A DNA stretch of 64,000 bases from a virus (lineage: Duplodnaviria; Caudoviricetes), in IMG/VR virus record IMGVR_UViG_3300026522_000002, positions 36,575 to 100,574 of that record; one strand, given 5' to 3'. Made by a program: the position numbers and the translations under genes. Below, in pieces: positions 36,196 through 49,522 of this stretch (its first letter is position 1; each line of letters starts with the position of its first letter). The notes below the pieces were generated by a model. The model saw nothing but the letters and a program-made list of their open reading frames with translations, searched no databases and was not told the DNA's origin.

Positions 36196-38463
36196 ATGAA
36201 TATTAAATATATAAGAACAACGGATAAGAAAAAATACGATCTTCGTGACAAGCGTATAACTGACACAGATACAGGTGTTGCAACACAATCTGCAAACGGT
36301 CTTTTGAGTTCAACAGATAAGAAAAAATTGGACGGCATTGCTAGCGGTGCAGAAGTAAATCAAAACGCATTTAGCAACATTAAGATTGGCAATACAACAA
36401 TTGCGGCGGATGGTGAAACAGACACGGTTGAACTTACCGCGGGAAATAATATAACCATTACACCAGACGCAACAAACGATAAGATTACAATAGCCGCAAC
36501 AGATACAAATACCACATATACGTTTGCGGGCGGCACAAATAAGTTTACAGTTACACCTTCAAATGGAACTGCACAAACAGTATCTGTTACTCCTAGTATT
36601 GCGAACAATGTAACTGGGTCTGATCTTACAGCAAACACAATTATACTTGGTAATGGAAATTCTGGTGTAAAGAAGTCTGGAAAAACTATTGTGACAACAT
36701 TGGGTAGTGACGACACTACACTTCCTACATCAAAAGCCGTTAAAGCGGCAATAGATGCCCTTCCAGAACCAATGATATTTAAGGGTACTCTCGGTACTGG
36801 AGGTACGATTACTTCTCTACCAACAGCCGCTGCAAGCAATGAAGGGTATACGTACAAGGTAATCACTGCCGGTACATACGCGTCACAGTCTGCAAAAATA
36901 GGAGATGTGTTTATATCTAACGGTAGTTCGTGGAACTTAATACCTTCTGGAGACGAGCCTGATGGTACAGTTACAAATATTGCTACAGGTACAGGTCTTA
37001 TAGGCGGTCCAATTACATCAAGCGGTACTATCTCTCATGCTGATACTAGTTCTCAAGCAAGTGTTTCAAACAGCGGTAGAACTTATATCTAGAGTATTAC
37101 ATTAGATGGTATGGGACATGTCACGGGAATTGCAAGTGCTACAGAAACTGTAACTAATACAGATACAAAAGTAACTCAACGCCTATACACCGGAGATGGG
37201 CTCATGCCTTTGCTTTTTGCCGCAGGACAACATAATGACACCACCGCAGATATTACAGATATCACGTATCGCAATAATTCTATGTATGTCCTTCCGTCAC
37301 GGGGTTGGATATTTGCGAATAGATTTGTTGGTAATTTAGAGGGGACTGTATATGGAACTGCACATATGGCACACCAACTAGAAAGCACCACGAGCGTAGG
37401 TAGCGAAACACAACCGGTGTATTTCAAACAAGGTGTACCAACTGCTTGCTCGTATCAACTAAACAAGACAGTACCATCGAATGCAGTATTCACGGACACG
37501 ACATATTCAAGTAAGTCAGAAGCAAGTGGAGGTACAGATGTTTCCCTTGTAACGACTGGTGAAAAATATACATGGAATCATAAATCAAATCTGGCTCTTG
37601 GTAATACAGCATCTACTGCTTTGGCAGGTAATACTAAATATGCTGGTTCTTCTACTCAGGGTGGAGCTGCAACTAGTGCTGAAAAGTTAACTAATACATC
37701 AAAAATTGGTAATACTAATCAACCAGTCTATTTTACTACTGGTGGTGTTCCAACTGCAATTAGTTATACAATCAATAAATCAGTTCCAAGTAATGCTGTT
37801 TTTACTGATACTCATTATACTACTCATCTATATGCTGGAAGTGGTACTGCGGCTAATGCTGCAACAACTAACGGTAATACCAAGTTGACCGTTGTAGATA
37901 ACACTACTACAAGAAACAGTGTAACGATTAAAGGTACAGGCGGAACAGCTGTCACAAGTGACGCAAACGGTGTTGTCACGATAAACAGCACAGATGTGTA
38001 CTCAAAACAGTTTAATTTTGCTTCTCCTTCCAAACAAGATGGAGGTTTTTATTTTATAATATGTCCGTCAGGAACTAATAAAAATACTCCTGGTAGTACA
38101 TGTTATTCTATAGAAATAAATGCAGTGCTACAAAGTTCTCCAGGTAATTATGTGGCAAGTTCTGCAAAATTTGTTACATGGTGTTACTGGTATACTTCTA
38201 ATGCTGGTCTTAGAACAACTAGTCCTATATACCATAATTCAGTGGTACCAACATATTATCATGACAAAGCAGAAGGTGCTGGTGTAGGAACCGAAACTGG
38301 TAGTAATAATGTGTGCAGCATTCCATTTAGAATTGAAAATGTTGAATAGTTGATTGCTGTAAACATTAAAGTTGAAGGTCCGGATGTATCAGAATGCACT
38401 TGTTCGAGATCGTATACACATTTTGAATGGTCAGAAGCAGAACCTGGCTGGTCAGCTATTTAA
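36196..38463 (+). CDS. Tail fibre protein (755 aa, 2 TAG)
   Basis: GLLSSTDKKKLDGIA, AEVNQNAFS, duplicated QPVYF..GVPTA...VPSNAVFTDT. Confidence 0.85.
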
Positions 38464-38474
38464 TTATATTAAAT

Positions 38475-39743
38475 ATGAATTCATGCAATACTTGTTGCAA
38501 TCCAAAAACACCGGATTGCAATTCTATAGAAATGAGCAACTTGCAACGTTGCCACGGTGTTACAATGCACGGATGTGGTAATCCTATGTATAATGTATAC
38601 TGTTGGGATCATGCACATCCAATGTGCCACAAGCCTGAACCTGTAGCTATAGAACACCTGTGCGCTTATCTGAGAAAAGACGAAGCGTCGCATATCTATG
38701 CTACAAAACAAGGCATCTTTGATTTACAAACTATCATCTCCAACACGTATCAAACTAAGGAAGACGCTGCTGGCATGGATCAAAAAGTCGATCAAGAAAT
38801 TGTTGACAGGTCTAATGGCGATACTAGATTGGAGGGAGAGATTCAAGCTCAGTCTGTTATCCTTGAAGGAGTAATTAGTGCAGAATCTACGCGAGCAAAA
38901 GCTGCAGAACAAACACTACAGAACAACATTGATAGTGAAGCATCTAGAGCACAAACTGCTGAACAAAATCTTAACAATGCTGTTAATTCTGAAATAAGTA
39001 GAGCTACTGGTCGTGAAGATGAATTGCATCAAGCCATTCAATCTGAAGCAACTCGTGCTATAACAAAGGAAACTGAACTGCAGTCTACGATTAATGCAGA
39101 AACAAACAGAGCGGTCTCTACAGAAAACGCCTTGCAGAACAGTGTTACTGCTGAAAAAAATCGTGCTCAAAACGCAGAAGCGATTCTTGATACAGCAGTA
39201 CAGTCTAATACTTCTGCTATACGCAACGAGGCGACGAGGGCTCAAACTGCAGAACAGAACGTAGCTTCCGCAGTATCTACTTTAAACAACAGAGTGTCTA
39301 CAGATGTTGTACATTCTGCTGATTACGATTCTGCAAACAAGCAGATTGTCTTTAAGAACTCCGAAGGTACAATAATCGATTCTATTGATGCTTCTCAGTT
39401 TGTAAAGGACGGTATGGTAAGCAATGTGCGTATTGTAAACGGCGTGCTCAAGATTACATTTAATACAGATGCGGGTAAGCAAGATATTGATATTCCTGTT
39501 TCTGACATCTTTGATGCAAACAATTATTACACCAAGTCGCAATGCGACAGCAAGTTTGCAACAAAGGCGTCTATCGAAGACTATTATACAAAGTCTGAAA
39601 TCGACGCAATGATTCAACAGGCAATACAGGACGCAATAGCAGGAGTAGATCTTAGCGGGTATTACACTAAGGGCGAGACGGATTATAAATTTAACAATTA
39701 TTATACAAAATCGCAAACTGATGCTAAATTTGCAGCAGTTTAA
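38475..39743 (+). CDS. Coiled-coil fibre protein
   Basis: Repeated E..RA..AE..L units and YYTK repeats; Cys/His-rich N-terminus. Confidence 0.8.
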   Translation: MNSCNTCCNPKTPDCNSIEMSNLQRCHGVTMHGCGNPMYNVYCWDHAHPMCHKPEPVAIEHLCAYLRKDEASHIYATKQGIFDLQTIISNTYQTKEDAAGMDQKVDQEIVDRSNGDTRLEGEIQAQSVILEGVISAESTRAKAAEQTLQNNIDSEASRAQTAEQNLNNAVNSEISRATGREDELHQAIQSEATRAITKETELQSTINAETNRAVSTENALQNSVTAEKNRAQNAEAILDTAVQSNTSAIRNEATRAQTAEQNVASAVSTLNNRVSTDVVHSADYDSANKQIVFKNSEGTIIDSIDASQFVKDGMVSNVRIVNGVLKITFNTDAGKQDIDIPVSDIFDANNYYTKSQCDSKFATKASIEDYYTKSEIDAMIQQAIQDAIAGVDLSGYYTKGETDYKFNNYYTKSQTDAKFAAV

Positions 39744-39758
39744 CAATACTAAACAGGT

Positions 39759-41735
39759 ATGGAAATTAAACAATTAAAACTTAACGGTACAGCGTTTTAT
39801 CCAAAGGTCGGCGTTGACAGTATTGTTAATGCTGCAGGTGAGGCAAGCGCTGTAGATACGGTTGTTACGGAAAATAGTTCAAACCTTATTACATCAGGCG
39901 CCGTGTATGACGCCATTCAAGAAGGTGGTGGAGGTGGCGGATCTGCAAACGTCGAGGTTTATGATTTCACTGCAATGAACAAATGGGGTTATAATGATAA
40001 CGGGTGGTAGTTTTTGCAGTTCCGCGGTGCGGCAGCAATCGACATGTTCGACAACTTCTCCGACGGCTATCCAAAAAAACCGTGCTTAATGAAGCTCACG
40101 TATGTAGATGGCGGTATTCTTACATTAACCCCCACTTATGTTAAAAAAGATGATTCAGGGCCGTATTATACAATTTATCTTCAAGCCACCGAAACCGACA
40201 CTCAAGGACTCATGAACAGGTCAGTTTTGTATACGTATGCTATAAGCATTTATAACGGTACCTATACCTGTTTTTTGTATAGAAAACAGGTGCCCATTAT
40301 AACTGATGACGCTTTGGATGCAAATTCTACAAATCCAGTACAAAATAAGGTTGTAAATGGTGCGATTTCCAGCCTTCATCAATCTATTGTCGGTAAACAA
40401 GACACTCTCGTTAGTGGTACAAATATTAAGACTATTAACAATCAATCCATTCTTGGTTCTGGTAACATTGATATACAAGGTGGTGGTTCTGCGGACATAA
40501 AAATTCTTCACACAGATGACGAACACGATGTATCTCTAGCAGGTACTGGTACAGTAGGCTTCCAAGGCACGACTGGTATTGTAACATCGTCTAATGGTTC
40601 AAATCTTGTAATAAGCCTCACCTCACAAATGACCGACACTATTGCAGGTAAGGCTAATCAGTCAGAGGTAACCAATCTCGCTACAACTGTTGGAAATAAT
40701 GCTTCTGCTATCACAGCATTAAATACTGCAGTATTTAAAAACGGCGACAACCAGTTCAATGTTGTAAATGGTCGTATAGATAGTATTAGTAGCGTGCTTG
40801 ACAGTGCTCTTACAGATATTGAAAATGTAGAAACGGCTGTTGCAGATAAGCAAGATACGCTGGTTAGTGGTACTAATATTAAGACCGTAAACGGAAACAG
40901 TTTGCTTGGTAGTGGCAACATCGAGATTGGTGGAAGTGGAACTGTGGATTCACAGATGAGCAATTCTTCTGCAAATCCTGTACAAAACAAAGTTATAACA
41001 GAGAATATTCTTTCGATTATTCCTATTATTAAATCTGAATCAAGTTTCGGAAGTTCTTGCATTTAGGTAATAGATCAATTGCGTATCAGCGGAACACAAA
41101 TAAACCCTTGGCAAAAAGAAGGCCAGGCTACTTTTAATCCAGCGTTGGTTGAATTTACAGTAGGAGTTGTTGATATTAATTCCTCCACAAGAGCTTTGAA
41201 TAAACACACGTTCTCATATACCATTTCTCCAGGAGAAGGTACAGAGCCTACTGTAAGCGGAAGAGAATATAATTACCAGTCGCTAGTTGACAAGTTTGTA
41301 AGCGACCTGTGTGAATATTATGCAGGTTTTAGTAACGGCGGTTCTAATTCTATGATTATTCGTAAAACCAGAGATGAAAGTTACGCAAACGTAGAACTTG
41401 TAATAAATATTACTAGTACTTCTTCCAGCTCAAAACATTATCAGATTGTATTGTCTTCGTTCGAACTTGCTGGGTACGATACTACAGGAAAGGATAATAA
41501 GGTGATTTCACTCGGGCTTACTTCTAGTTCTAGTGAATCAGAGTGGAACTCTGATATATTCTATAAGACAATGAATATATCAAAAGGAGACCTTGGCATG
41601 ATAGTAACAAATCCACAAACTATGTGGTTTAATACAACTATTAATCATTTGATGATACTTGACGGACAAGGTAGTATATATGACTGTACTACCGGAAGTA
41701 AGTTCACATTCGCCACTAATTATCAACAATCATGA
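39759..41735 (+). CDS. Tail fibre / receptor-binding protein (658 aa, 2 TAG)
   Basis: KQDTLVSGTNIKT.N..S.LGSGNI twice and NPVQNKV twice. Confidence 0.8.
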
Positions 41736-42196
41736 AATTGACATTAAAGCGTATCGCCAAACGTGATACATACACCATAGGTAGATTATACATAAATGGT
41801 GAATACTTTTGTGATACGTTGGAAGACAAAGACCGAGGATTGAAGCAGAGTATGTCTTTAAGCGAAATAAAAGCCAAAAAGGTGTACGGGAAAACAGCTA
41901 TACCGGCCGGAGAATATGAAGTAACATTGCATATAATTTCTCCTAAATACAGCAAAAAGCCGTGGTTTGTTAAGTTCTGTGGCGCAAAGATGCCAAGAAT
42001 TTTAAACATACCTGGGTATGATGGTGTACTCATCCATGAAGGAAATTCTGACAAGGACACGTGCGGCTGTATATTGGTTGGTAAGAATACTGTAGTTGGT
42101 AAGGTTTTGGAGAGTAAAAACACTTTTGCAAAGCTTTATCCAATCCTCAAGGCAGCTTCTGACAAAGGAGAACGCATCACAATAAATATCAAATGA
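41732..42196 (+). CDS. Putative endolysin (DUF5675-like)
   Basis: TIGRLYI...CDTLE...TAIPAGEY...GVLIHEGN...DTCGCILVG; first gene of the lysis cassette. Confidence 0.75.
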   Translation: MKLTLKRIAKRDTYTIGRLYINGEYFCDTLEDKDRGLKQSMSLSEIKAKKVYGKTAIPAGEYEVTLHIISPKYSKKPWFVKFCGAKMPRILNIPGYDGVLIHEGNSDKDTCGCILVGKNTVVGKVLESKNTFAKLYPILKAASDKGERITINIK

Positions 42197-42714
42197 CAAA
42201 CCTATTTTAGTCTATAGGACACATGTTCCACGGTCTTAGTGGCAATACATGGTTTGGTAAAGTCGCTATAGCTGGTGGGGCATTGTTAGCATCGTATTTC
42301 ACCCCGATTACGGGTCTACTTATCGCATGTTTTAGTTGTTCTGTAGTAGACATGTGCTACGGTATAAATGTGGCAATAAAAAAGGGTAAAAAGATAACAA
42401 GCAGGAAAAACTGGAAAGGAACTCTTATAAAAATAAAAGACGAATTTGCTCTTATCTTACTTGCACATCTTATTGAATATGTACTCTTTGGTGAAAATGC
42501 TACGTTATGGCTGAGCGGTGGTATTACAGCAATTGTAACATTGACAGAACTTTGGTCTATACTCGAAAATCTTAACACTCTAAACCCAGACGGTCCATGG
42601 AGAATGTTAAGCAAATTCTTAAAGGCCAAAGGTGAAGAATATACAGGAATTGAACTAGATTTAAACAAAGATTCAGATGGCAACAATAATAGCTTGGTTG
42701 CTGAAGAATTATAA
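42193..42714 (+). CDS. Holin (1 TAG at codon 6)
   Basis: Multiple TM segments; ITSRK...T..K, ELWSILEN. Confidence 0.8.
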
Positions 42715-43330
42715 GACTGTTTTAGGGGCCGTTTTGGGGCTCTCTGTGGCACTTTTGCTTGGTTGGGGTATAATGCTCCACAAGTAGAATAAAAAGCTCT
42801 CAGAGAGGCTGGAAACGGCCTTTAATAATATAGAGGCATATTAGGGTATGGTATCTAACAACGAGAAGGACAAACTCACTCTTCAGTTAACTATACAAGA
42901 TATGCAAGAATCAAAAGACAGACTACTTCAGCAATTAGACAGCGTAAGGGCTGCGAATAAGATAAAACCTTCTGCATTAACCAGTGCTGCAACTTAGACG
43001 CAACACGTAAACGTTAATGGGGGTAAGGGGGTATAGGGAGACCTTACAGTTATACTAAAAGATACTACATATACAGATAGTATATCCTACAATCCTCTTA
43101 CTAAAGTATACTATACTATAGGTAAAGATACAGTAGATATAGGTATAGATTTACAAAATACTTAGTATTTGTATGCTTACAAACATAAAGAATATAAGAA
43201 TAAGAAAAGTTTTATCAAGAGACTCTTTACATTAGACTTCAAGAAGGTTACTAAAAGTAGGTACGAAATAGTAAATACAAACGACCTTATTAACACTTCT
43301 GATGTAAGAGTTGTAGAAATAATTAAGTAA
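42677..43330 (+). CDS. Putative spanin (217 aa, 5 TAG)
   Basis: N-terminal TM anchor and coiled coil; follows the holin; absent from the ORF track. Confidence 0.7.
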
Positions 43331-43331
43331 C

Positions 43332-44018
43332 ATGAGTATGTTTTCACTTCGTACTCTTGTTGACGATATACTGCTCATCGTTCGCAATAATAACATTAGC
43401 GAATCCGAAGACTTCTCTAGAGCATAGATTATAGCATGGATAATGCACTACAAAGCTCTTTTGACCAAAGAAGAGAAAGAGAAGAAAGAGAACGAAGACG
43501 GAAGCGATGATTACTTTGACGAAGAGCTCACGAAAACCGTGGGCCCTTTACAGTTGGAGATGGTCGAATCACTCGACTGCACTCCACTGTTCTTAAGGAG
43601 AACCGTAGATGAGGTTCCAGATCTGTTCGAGACAGACCCTAAGAACATAGTATCGGTATTCGATCAAGAAGGGTGCCCATTATAGCCGATGAACAAAGTG
43701 CGTAGGCATTTTCATTGGCATAGGAAATACACAGGTAGAGATCTGACTTGGTACTATTCAAATGGTCATATTTATGTACAAGGTAACCTTGATTGTATGT
43801 ACCTTGGTTACATTTGGATGTCGTACATTGCAGAAGAAAATGTAGATGAGAATACAGATGAAGACGACATTAACATTCCTGGTTGGATGATACCTGAAAT
43901 AAAGAATAGAATATTTAAAAATGAGCTGGCGTTCATGGTTCGTATGCCTAGCGATGATGACAACAACGCTACGCTTGACGGAATTAAACCACATGGACCA
44001 CAAGATCAGGAAAAATAA
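43332..44018 (+). CDS. Putative tail ring / neck protein (2 TAG)
   Basis: SLRTLVDDILLIVRNNNISESED...; one frame to TAA. Confidence 0.7.
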
Positions 44019-44451
44019 AAAAGCGTATACGTTCTACGATATGTACCGAGAAACCCCTGTTTTGGCCCCATACAGCCTCTATAAGCGCATTTTAGATGAA
44101 ATGTGTTAGATTATCCAGGAGATAGTTTTAGAGCGCTCAGAAGGCTTTAAAATGCCGTATGGATTGGGTTTCATATAGGTGGTTAAATATAGACCGAAAA
44201 GCCTTACTCCAAAGTCACTATCTGTAGACTATAAAGCGAGTAAAGAATATGATAAGAAGATATATCACCTAAACGAGCACTCTGATGGTTATAAGTTTAG
44301 ATTATACTGGTCTAAATTACCACAGACGTTCCCAGATAGGTATAGGTATTAGCTCGGCTTGGTACGATAGAACAAACGCAAATTAGCTCAACTAATTTTT
44401 AACAAACACGATTATATAAATATCGATGATATACAATTATACAAGATGTGA
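43993..44451 (+). CDS. IHF/HU-like protein (152 aa, 4 TAG)
   Basis: FKMPYGLG.I...VDYKASK...IYHLNEHSDGYKFRLYWSK. Confidence 0.75.
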
Positions 44452-45373
44452 GTCCGTTATAGCAAAGATTATGGCAGACTTAGACTTGTCAGAAAAGAAT
44501 GTCCGCATAACAGATATAAAAGAATGGATATTTGAAGCTGTTGAAAAGATTGGAGCCCCAACATAGTACGAAGTAGTTGAATCTGGGGAAAAAGGTGAGC
44601 CAATCTTAAAGATAGCAGACAGACAGGTCCCAATCCCTAGGGGATTATAGTTCTTGGAAGGTGTTGCATATAGTCCAAATCCTGGTGGTCCGTGGTATCC
44701 GATGAGAAAAGATACTGGAATATTCCACAATCTTGGACCTCATCATCACCCAAAGTGGCATAGTGACAGCGATGCTTGTTGCTGCCATCACCGAGAATGG
44801 GTAGAAAAGTATCACGTACCGTGCATACATGACCATTACCACGAAGGGTTTATAGAACATCCTACGACAATGAACGCACAAGTTTGGACTAGGAATGGAA
44901 TGAAATATGTCGACACGATGTTCCCAAAAGGTGTTCCTTTTAGAGATCTCACATACTTTATTAAACCTGGATGGATTGTGGTTAATATGCCCAAAGGTTA
45001 CATTAAGCTTTCGTACAAACGCATACTTACAGACGAAAAGGGATACCCAGTAATTCCAGATTTACCATCTTATCAAGAGGCTATATATTGGTATGTAGTA
45101 ATGAAACTCAGCTTCCCTAAATACCTTAAAGGTAAACTTGGAGGTAAGAAAGGAGTTAATACTGCAGCTAATACATATTAGTACATACAACAGCAATGGC
45201 ATTTCTATCGTAATCAAGCATATGCTGAATGCATGATGCCTGATGAAGGCGAAATGAGGGCTATAAAGAATGATTGGACAAAGCTTATCCCAGATTGGGA
45301 TTCTGACGATACGTTCTTTAGACATGCTGGAGATAGACAAACTATTATAAACGATTATTATTATGGATACTAA
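44426..45373 (+). CDS. Tail tubular protein / ring 1 (315 aa, 3 TAG)
   Basis: DIKEWIFEAVEKIG...GYIKLSY...TDEKGYPVIPD..SYQEAIYWYV. Confidence 0.8.
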
Positions 45374-48300
45374 TCAACGAACTGCAAATAATTATCAGGT
45401 TAATACCTTTACAAAAGGTATGAACTCTGATACATCATATGACATGATAGGTGCGGATCAGTACTTGTTTGGTTAGAATATCCGCATCACTAATAATACA
45501 TTGTTGTGGGGAGATTTAAACCCTAATAATACAGAGATGGTTGTGGCTCCTGTACCTGCTGGCAAATCGTTTACAAGTGGAGTAATTACATCGGCAGATA
45601 AGATTCTAGCAGTAGATTCAATAGAGAATATTGGCATTGTTATTGTAAAAAATACGGATAATAAATGGGAAGTATACAAAGCCATATATTCTACAAACGA
45701 TGTTGTTTTCAAGTCTATATATGTTTCACAAAACGAGCCAAAATTACCAAAGTTTTCTACTGTAATGATCAAAGAAGTAGAAAAAGAAGACGGTGAAAGT
45801 GTAATAAAAGTATATATAGCGGACGGTCAAGGGGCGCCTATTTGTTTATTTGTGAACGGTGGATTTAATGTAAACAATATACCGGAAGATTATTTAAGGT
45901 CGAATGCATATTTTCCTAGTTCTAAACCCAGATTACAAAAAACTAGTGGAAATCTTAAGACACAACAAGTACAATATGCCTATAGATTTTATACCAAATA
46001 TTCATACGTTAGTAAATTGTCTCCACTAACCAACAAAATACATGTGATAGGAACGAACAGAGGTATTGAAACTGGCAATGCGGAAGATACAGTAACAGAC
46101 ATAGGTATTAAATTGACCATTACTCCTGACGAATTGGCAAATAAAATATTTGATAAAATACAAATATTTAGAATAAGTTATATTAGGCCAAATTAGCAGC
46201 CGGATATATACTTAATCGCGGACGAGTATTTTACAAAAAACGAGTAGTATTTATTTGTAGATAACGGAACTACAAATTTACAAAAATATTCATTGGACGA
46301 ATTCTCCGCATTATAGACATACACTCTTGTTCCGTAGGTAATAGAATCCAGCTAGGGGTATTTGTTCGAAAGTAATATCAAGGATGAAACAATTATCTAG
46401 GAAAATCCACATTTTACAGTAATTCCTAGAGCTTGCGAGTTTTCTATTAAGATAGACGATTCCGAATATTATGATGAAACGTTACATAAGGATTTAAAAC
46501 CGTCCGTGTCGAATTATACAAAAACTACAGACGACAGTAATCTTATAGGAAATTATTTTTATCAATGTGGTATAGATTATTCCGGAGACGTTTCGTATAA
46601 TGAAATGTTTACATCCAGTTTGTTAAGGTCTCTTAGATATGGTGAAAAGTATGAATATGGCATAGTATATTACGATAAATATGGCAGAAGAACGGATGTA
46701 AATCAAATAAAATATAATAATTCTGCGCACATTACTGTAAATTCTAGTGTAGAGGATACAGGATCGCTTGGATTTGCTAACAGACCATTTTATAACAAAG
46801 GTTTTGCGAATCCGTATGGTGTAGAATTTTAGATAAGCACCGAAAATGATTGGGGCGATTTTGTAGGATTTGAAATCGTAAGAAGAGAAAAATCTTACAA
46901 CCACACGAAAACTTTATTACAAGTTGCATTATCCAGGCCCTCTAGGCAGGCTAAATTTGCAAATCCGTCATATAGAACGCCCTATTATCCAAACGTACTG
47001 TTATCTACCAATTTCGTATATTATGTATCTAGTAGATCGCAACAAATAAATTTTACAGGCGATCGTGTGTATGAATTGTGGACACCTACTCTCTCCTATG
47101 GAGAAAATGTACCGTATTTTGATTATGGTGCAACAAATGTGGAAAATGCTACTCTTTATCAAGCATTTGCCCCTGAAATAAATATAACACAAAATGATGT
47201 ATTGTCATAGTTATCTGCAGGTTAGATATTTCTTAATCCGGTATCTTACTTTATAAAGAAGGTGTAGTTATCTGATATAGAATAGGAAGGTGAAGATAAT
47301 GCAATAGATTATGCTACGAGATCAATGGTATATGATCCTGGTAATCCCTAGAAAGTAATTGCGCCTATCGATGGAGATAGCCCATACCAGTCTACAATAC
47401 CCGGTTTGGATACTCATGAAATTGATGAAGGTGTTTATTTATTCAGAAAATATGAACTATCTCCTGGTTATGGAGGGAATGACGATCCGTATAGCAGTGA
47501 ATTTAGAGATGTCTCTGAAAAAGTAACAAGAGCCACTATATTTAAATTGGACTATAAAAGTCAAGACTTTAATAATGTTTCACACCCGTTGATAACCGCT
47601 GTTGCACAAGTTAAAAATCCCAATTGGGAAAATGCATTTTCCTCAATTTAGTTGGGAGAAGATAAAATGAAGGTTATATCTGCTGTAAAACAATATAAGG
47701 CTTATAACACTAACGTTGGCGATTTGGAATATAACAATTGGGCGTCGACAGGGATGTACGATTTGGCTGCTACAGAAAGCGAAGCTGCTGCACAACCTGG
47801 ATAGATGGACGGCATTACACGTAAAAATTACGTATATCATATCCAAGGGGAAGATGTGTCTTTTAATAGTCGAGGATGGATAGGTCCAGGCCCAGTTTGT
47901 ATGTTATTGAACATAGAAGCTCCGGAAATAGGATCTTGCCTACGCTAGCAAATTCAACCAAAATTTATAGGCACAATTGTTGCAAATGTAGAGCATCCTA
48001 CTATAGATTATTCTCCGTATGACGCATACTTTGGATTTGGAAACTATTTTGAATTGCCGAAAGGACAAAATACGGTTACTTGTAAAGTATTTGATGGAGA
48101 TGTGTATTAGAATTTTTCAGAATTTGTAAATCTGTTTAAAACGTATGATTTCAATGATAGAAAGTACACACTGTAGTCTGGACAAGTTGTTTATTATATT
48201 CCTACTGAATCTAAAATAAATGTAGCATTTGATTATGGTATGAATTATAACAACACCGGGTCAGCTAATCTTACCTTAGAACCTGGAAAAATAGAAGGGA

Positions 48301-49520
48301 TTTCATCACAAAATAGGCCGTTGCATCAATACAATCTGATATATTCAGATAACGATTGGAGTATAAGCTCATATACCCCAATTGTAGAAAAAGAGTTAGA
48401 TAGTATTTCCTATCCACAACGTATTTGTTATTCACAATTAAAAACAAATGGAGAGTCGATAGATAATTGGCAAATATTTAGACCGGCTGATTTTATAGAT
48501 ACGGATTCTAGATATGGGGAAATAACAGAATTGTTGTCTGTAGATAATAATCTTTATTTTTGGCAAACGGGAGCATTTGGAAAACTTAGTGTGAATGAAA
48601 GAAGTCTTGTCACCGACAATGCTGGCGAAACCATCCAATTGGGATAGGGCGGCGTACTTCAAAGAGTGGATTATTTAAGTACAAAATACGGCATAAGAAA
48701 ATACGACTATTGTGCAACAAGTACAGAAGATGCCTTGTATTGGATAGATGTTCTAAATAAAGCAATCTTAATATGCAGACAAAACCAGGTTGCTAATTAC
48801 GGTGAACAACTAAATGTACAAAATATAATAAACAAATACATTTATAAAGACGACATTAGTATAATTCCACGCATACACTACGATATACAAACCAACGAAT
48901 TATTGTGTCAGTGTTTAAAAGACGAAGAAGGTGAAAAGCAATTGGTGTTTAATACTAAATATAATATTGCTACTTCTCTATATACAAGAAGATATTCAGA
49001 TATAATATTATTTAATAACGTACTCGTGTCTCTTGTAAAGGAGGGAACAAACATTTTTCCAAATTAGTTAAATTATATAAATACAGTATCTGGATATTTG
49101 AATCCAACAATATTATAGTTTGTAGTAAATTCATCGCCATCTCAAACAAAAGTATTTGATAATCAAAAAGTAGTTACTTTGAATAGGAACAATTGGGAGG
49201 AGGAAGAATATGAAGATGCCGAGAATGACGTCCACATGAAATCAAAAACATTTTGGGATAAACATGGGCCATATTTTACTGCGTACATTTTGAGCAAGGA
49301 ATACGAATTCTCTACAGATATACGTAATACAAATAATAAACCGAACGCTGTTACAGATCGAGAGGGCAATATTGTATATGACATACCTAGAACTGGGAGT
49401 AATGATTGGGGAGATCGTTTGAGAGGTAAGTGGATGAAAGAAACAATTACAGATACTCAGCCAAGACAAGATTACTGTATTTCTCACATAATCACTAAAT
49501 TTAGACAATCGTATAGTTAA
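45363..49520 (+). CDS. Tail stabilisation / muzzle protein (1385 aa, about 21 TAG)
   Basis: QVNTFTKGMNSD start; SLRYGEKYEYGIV, FDGD, GESIDNW, YGEIT, NERSL, RLRGKW; six track ORFs share one frame. Confidence 0.88.
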
Positions 49521-49522
49521 CA

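Noticed and set aside
35486-36866. Val/Ala-rich antisense ORFs
   Set aside because: Reverse-frame shadows of Thr/Gly-rich fibre genes.
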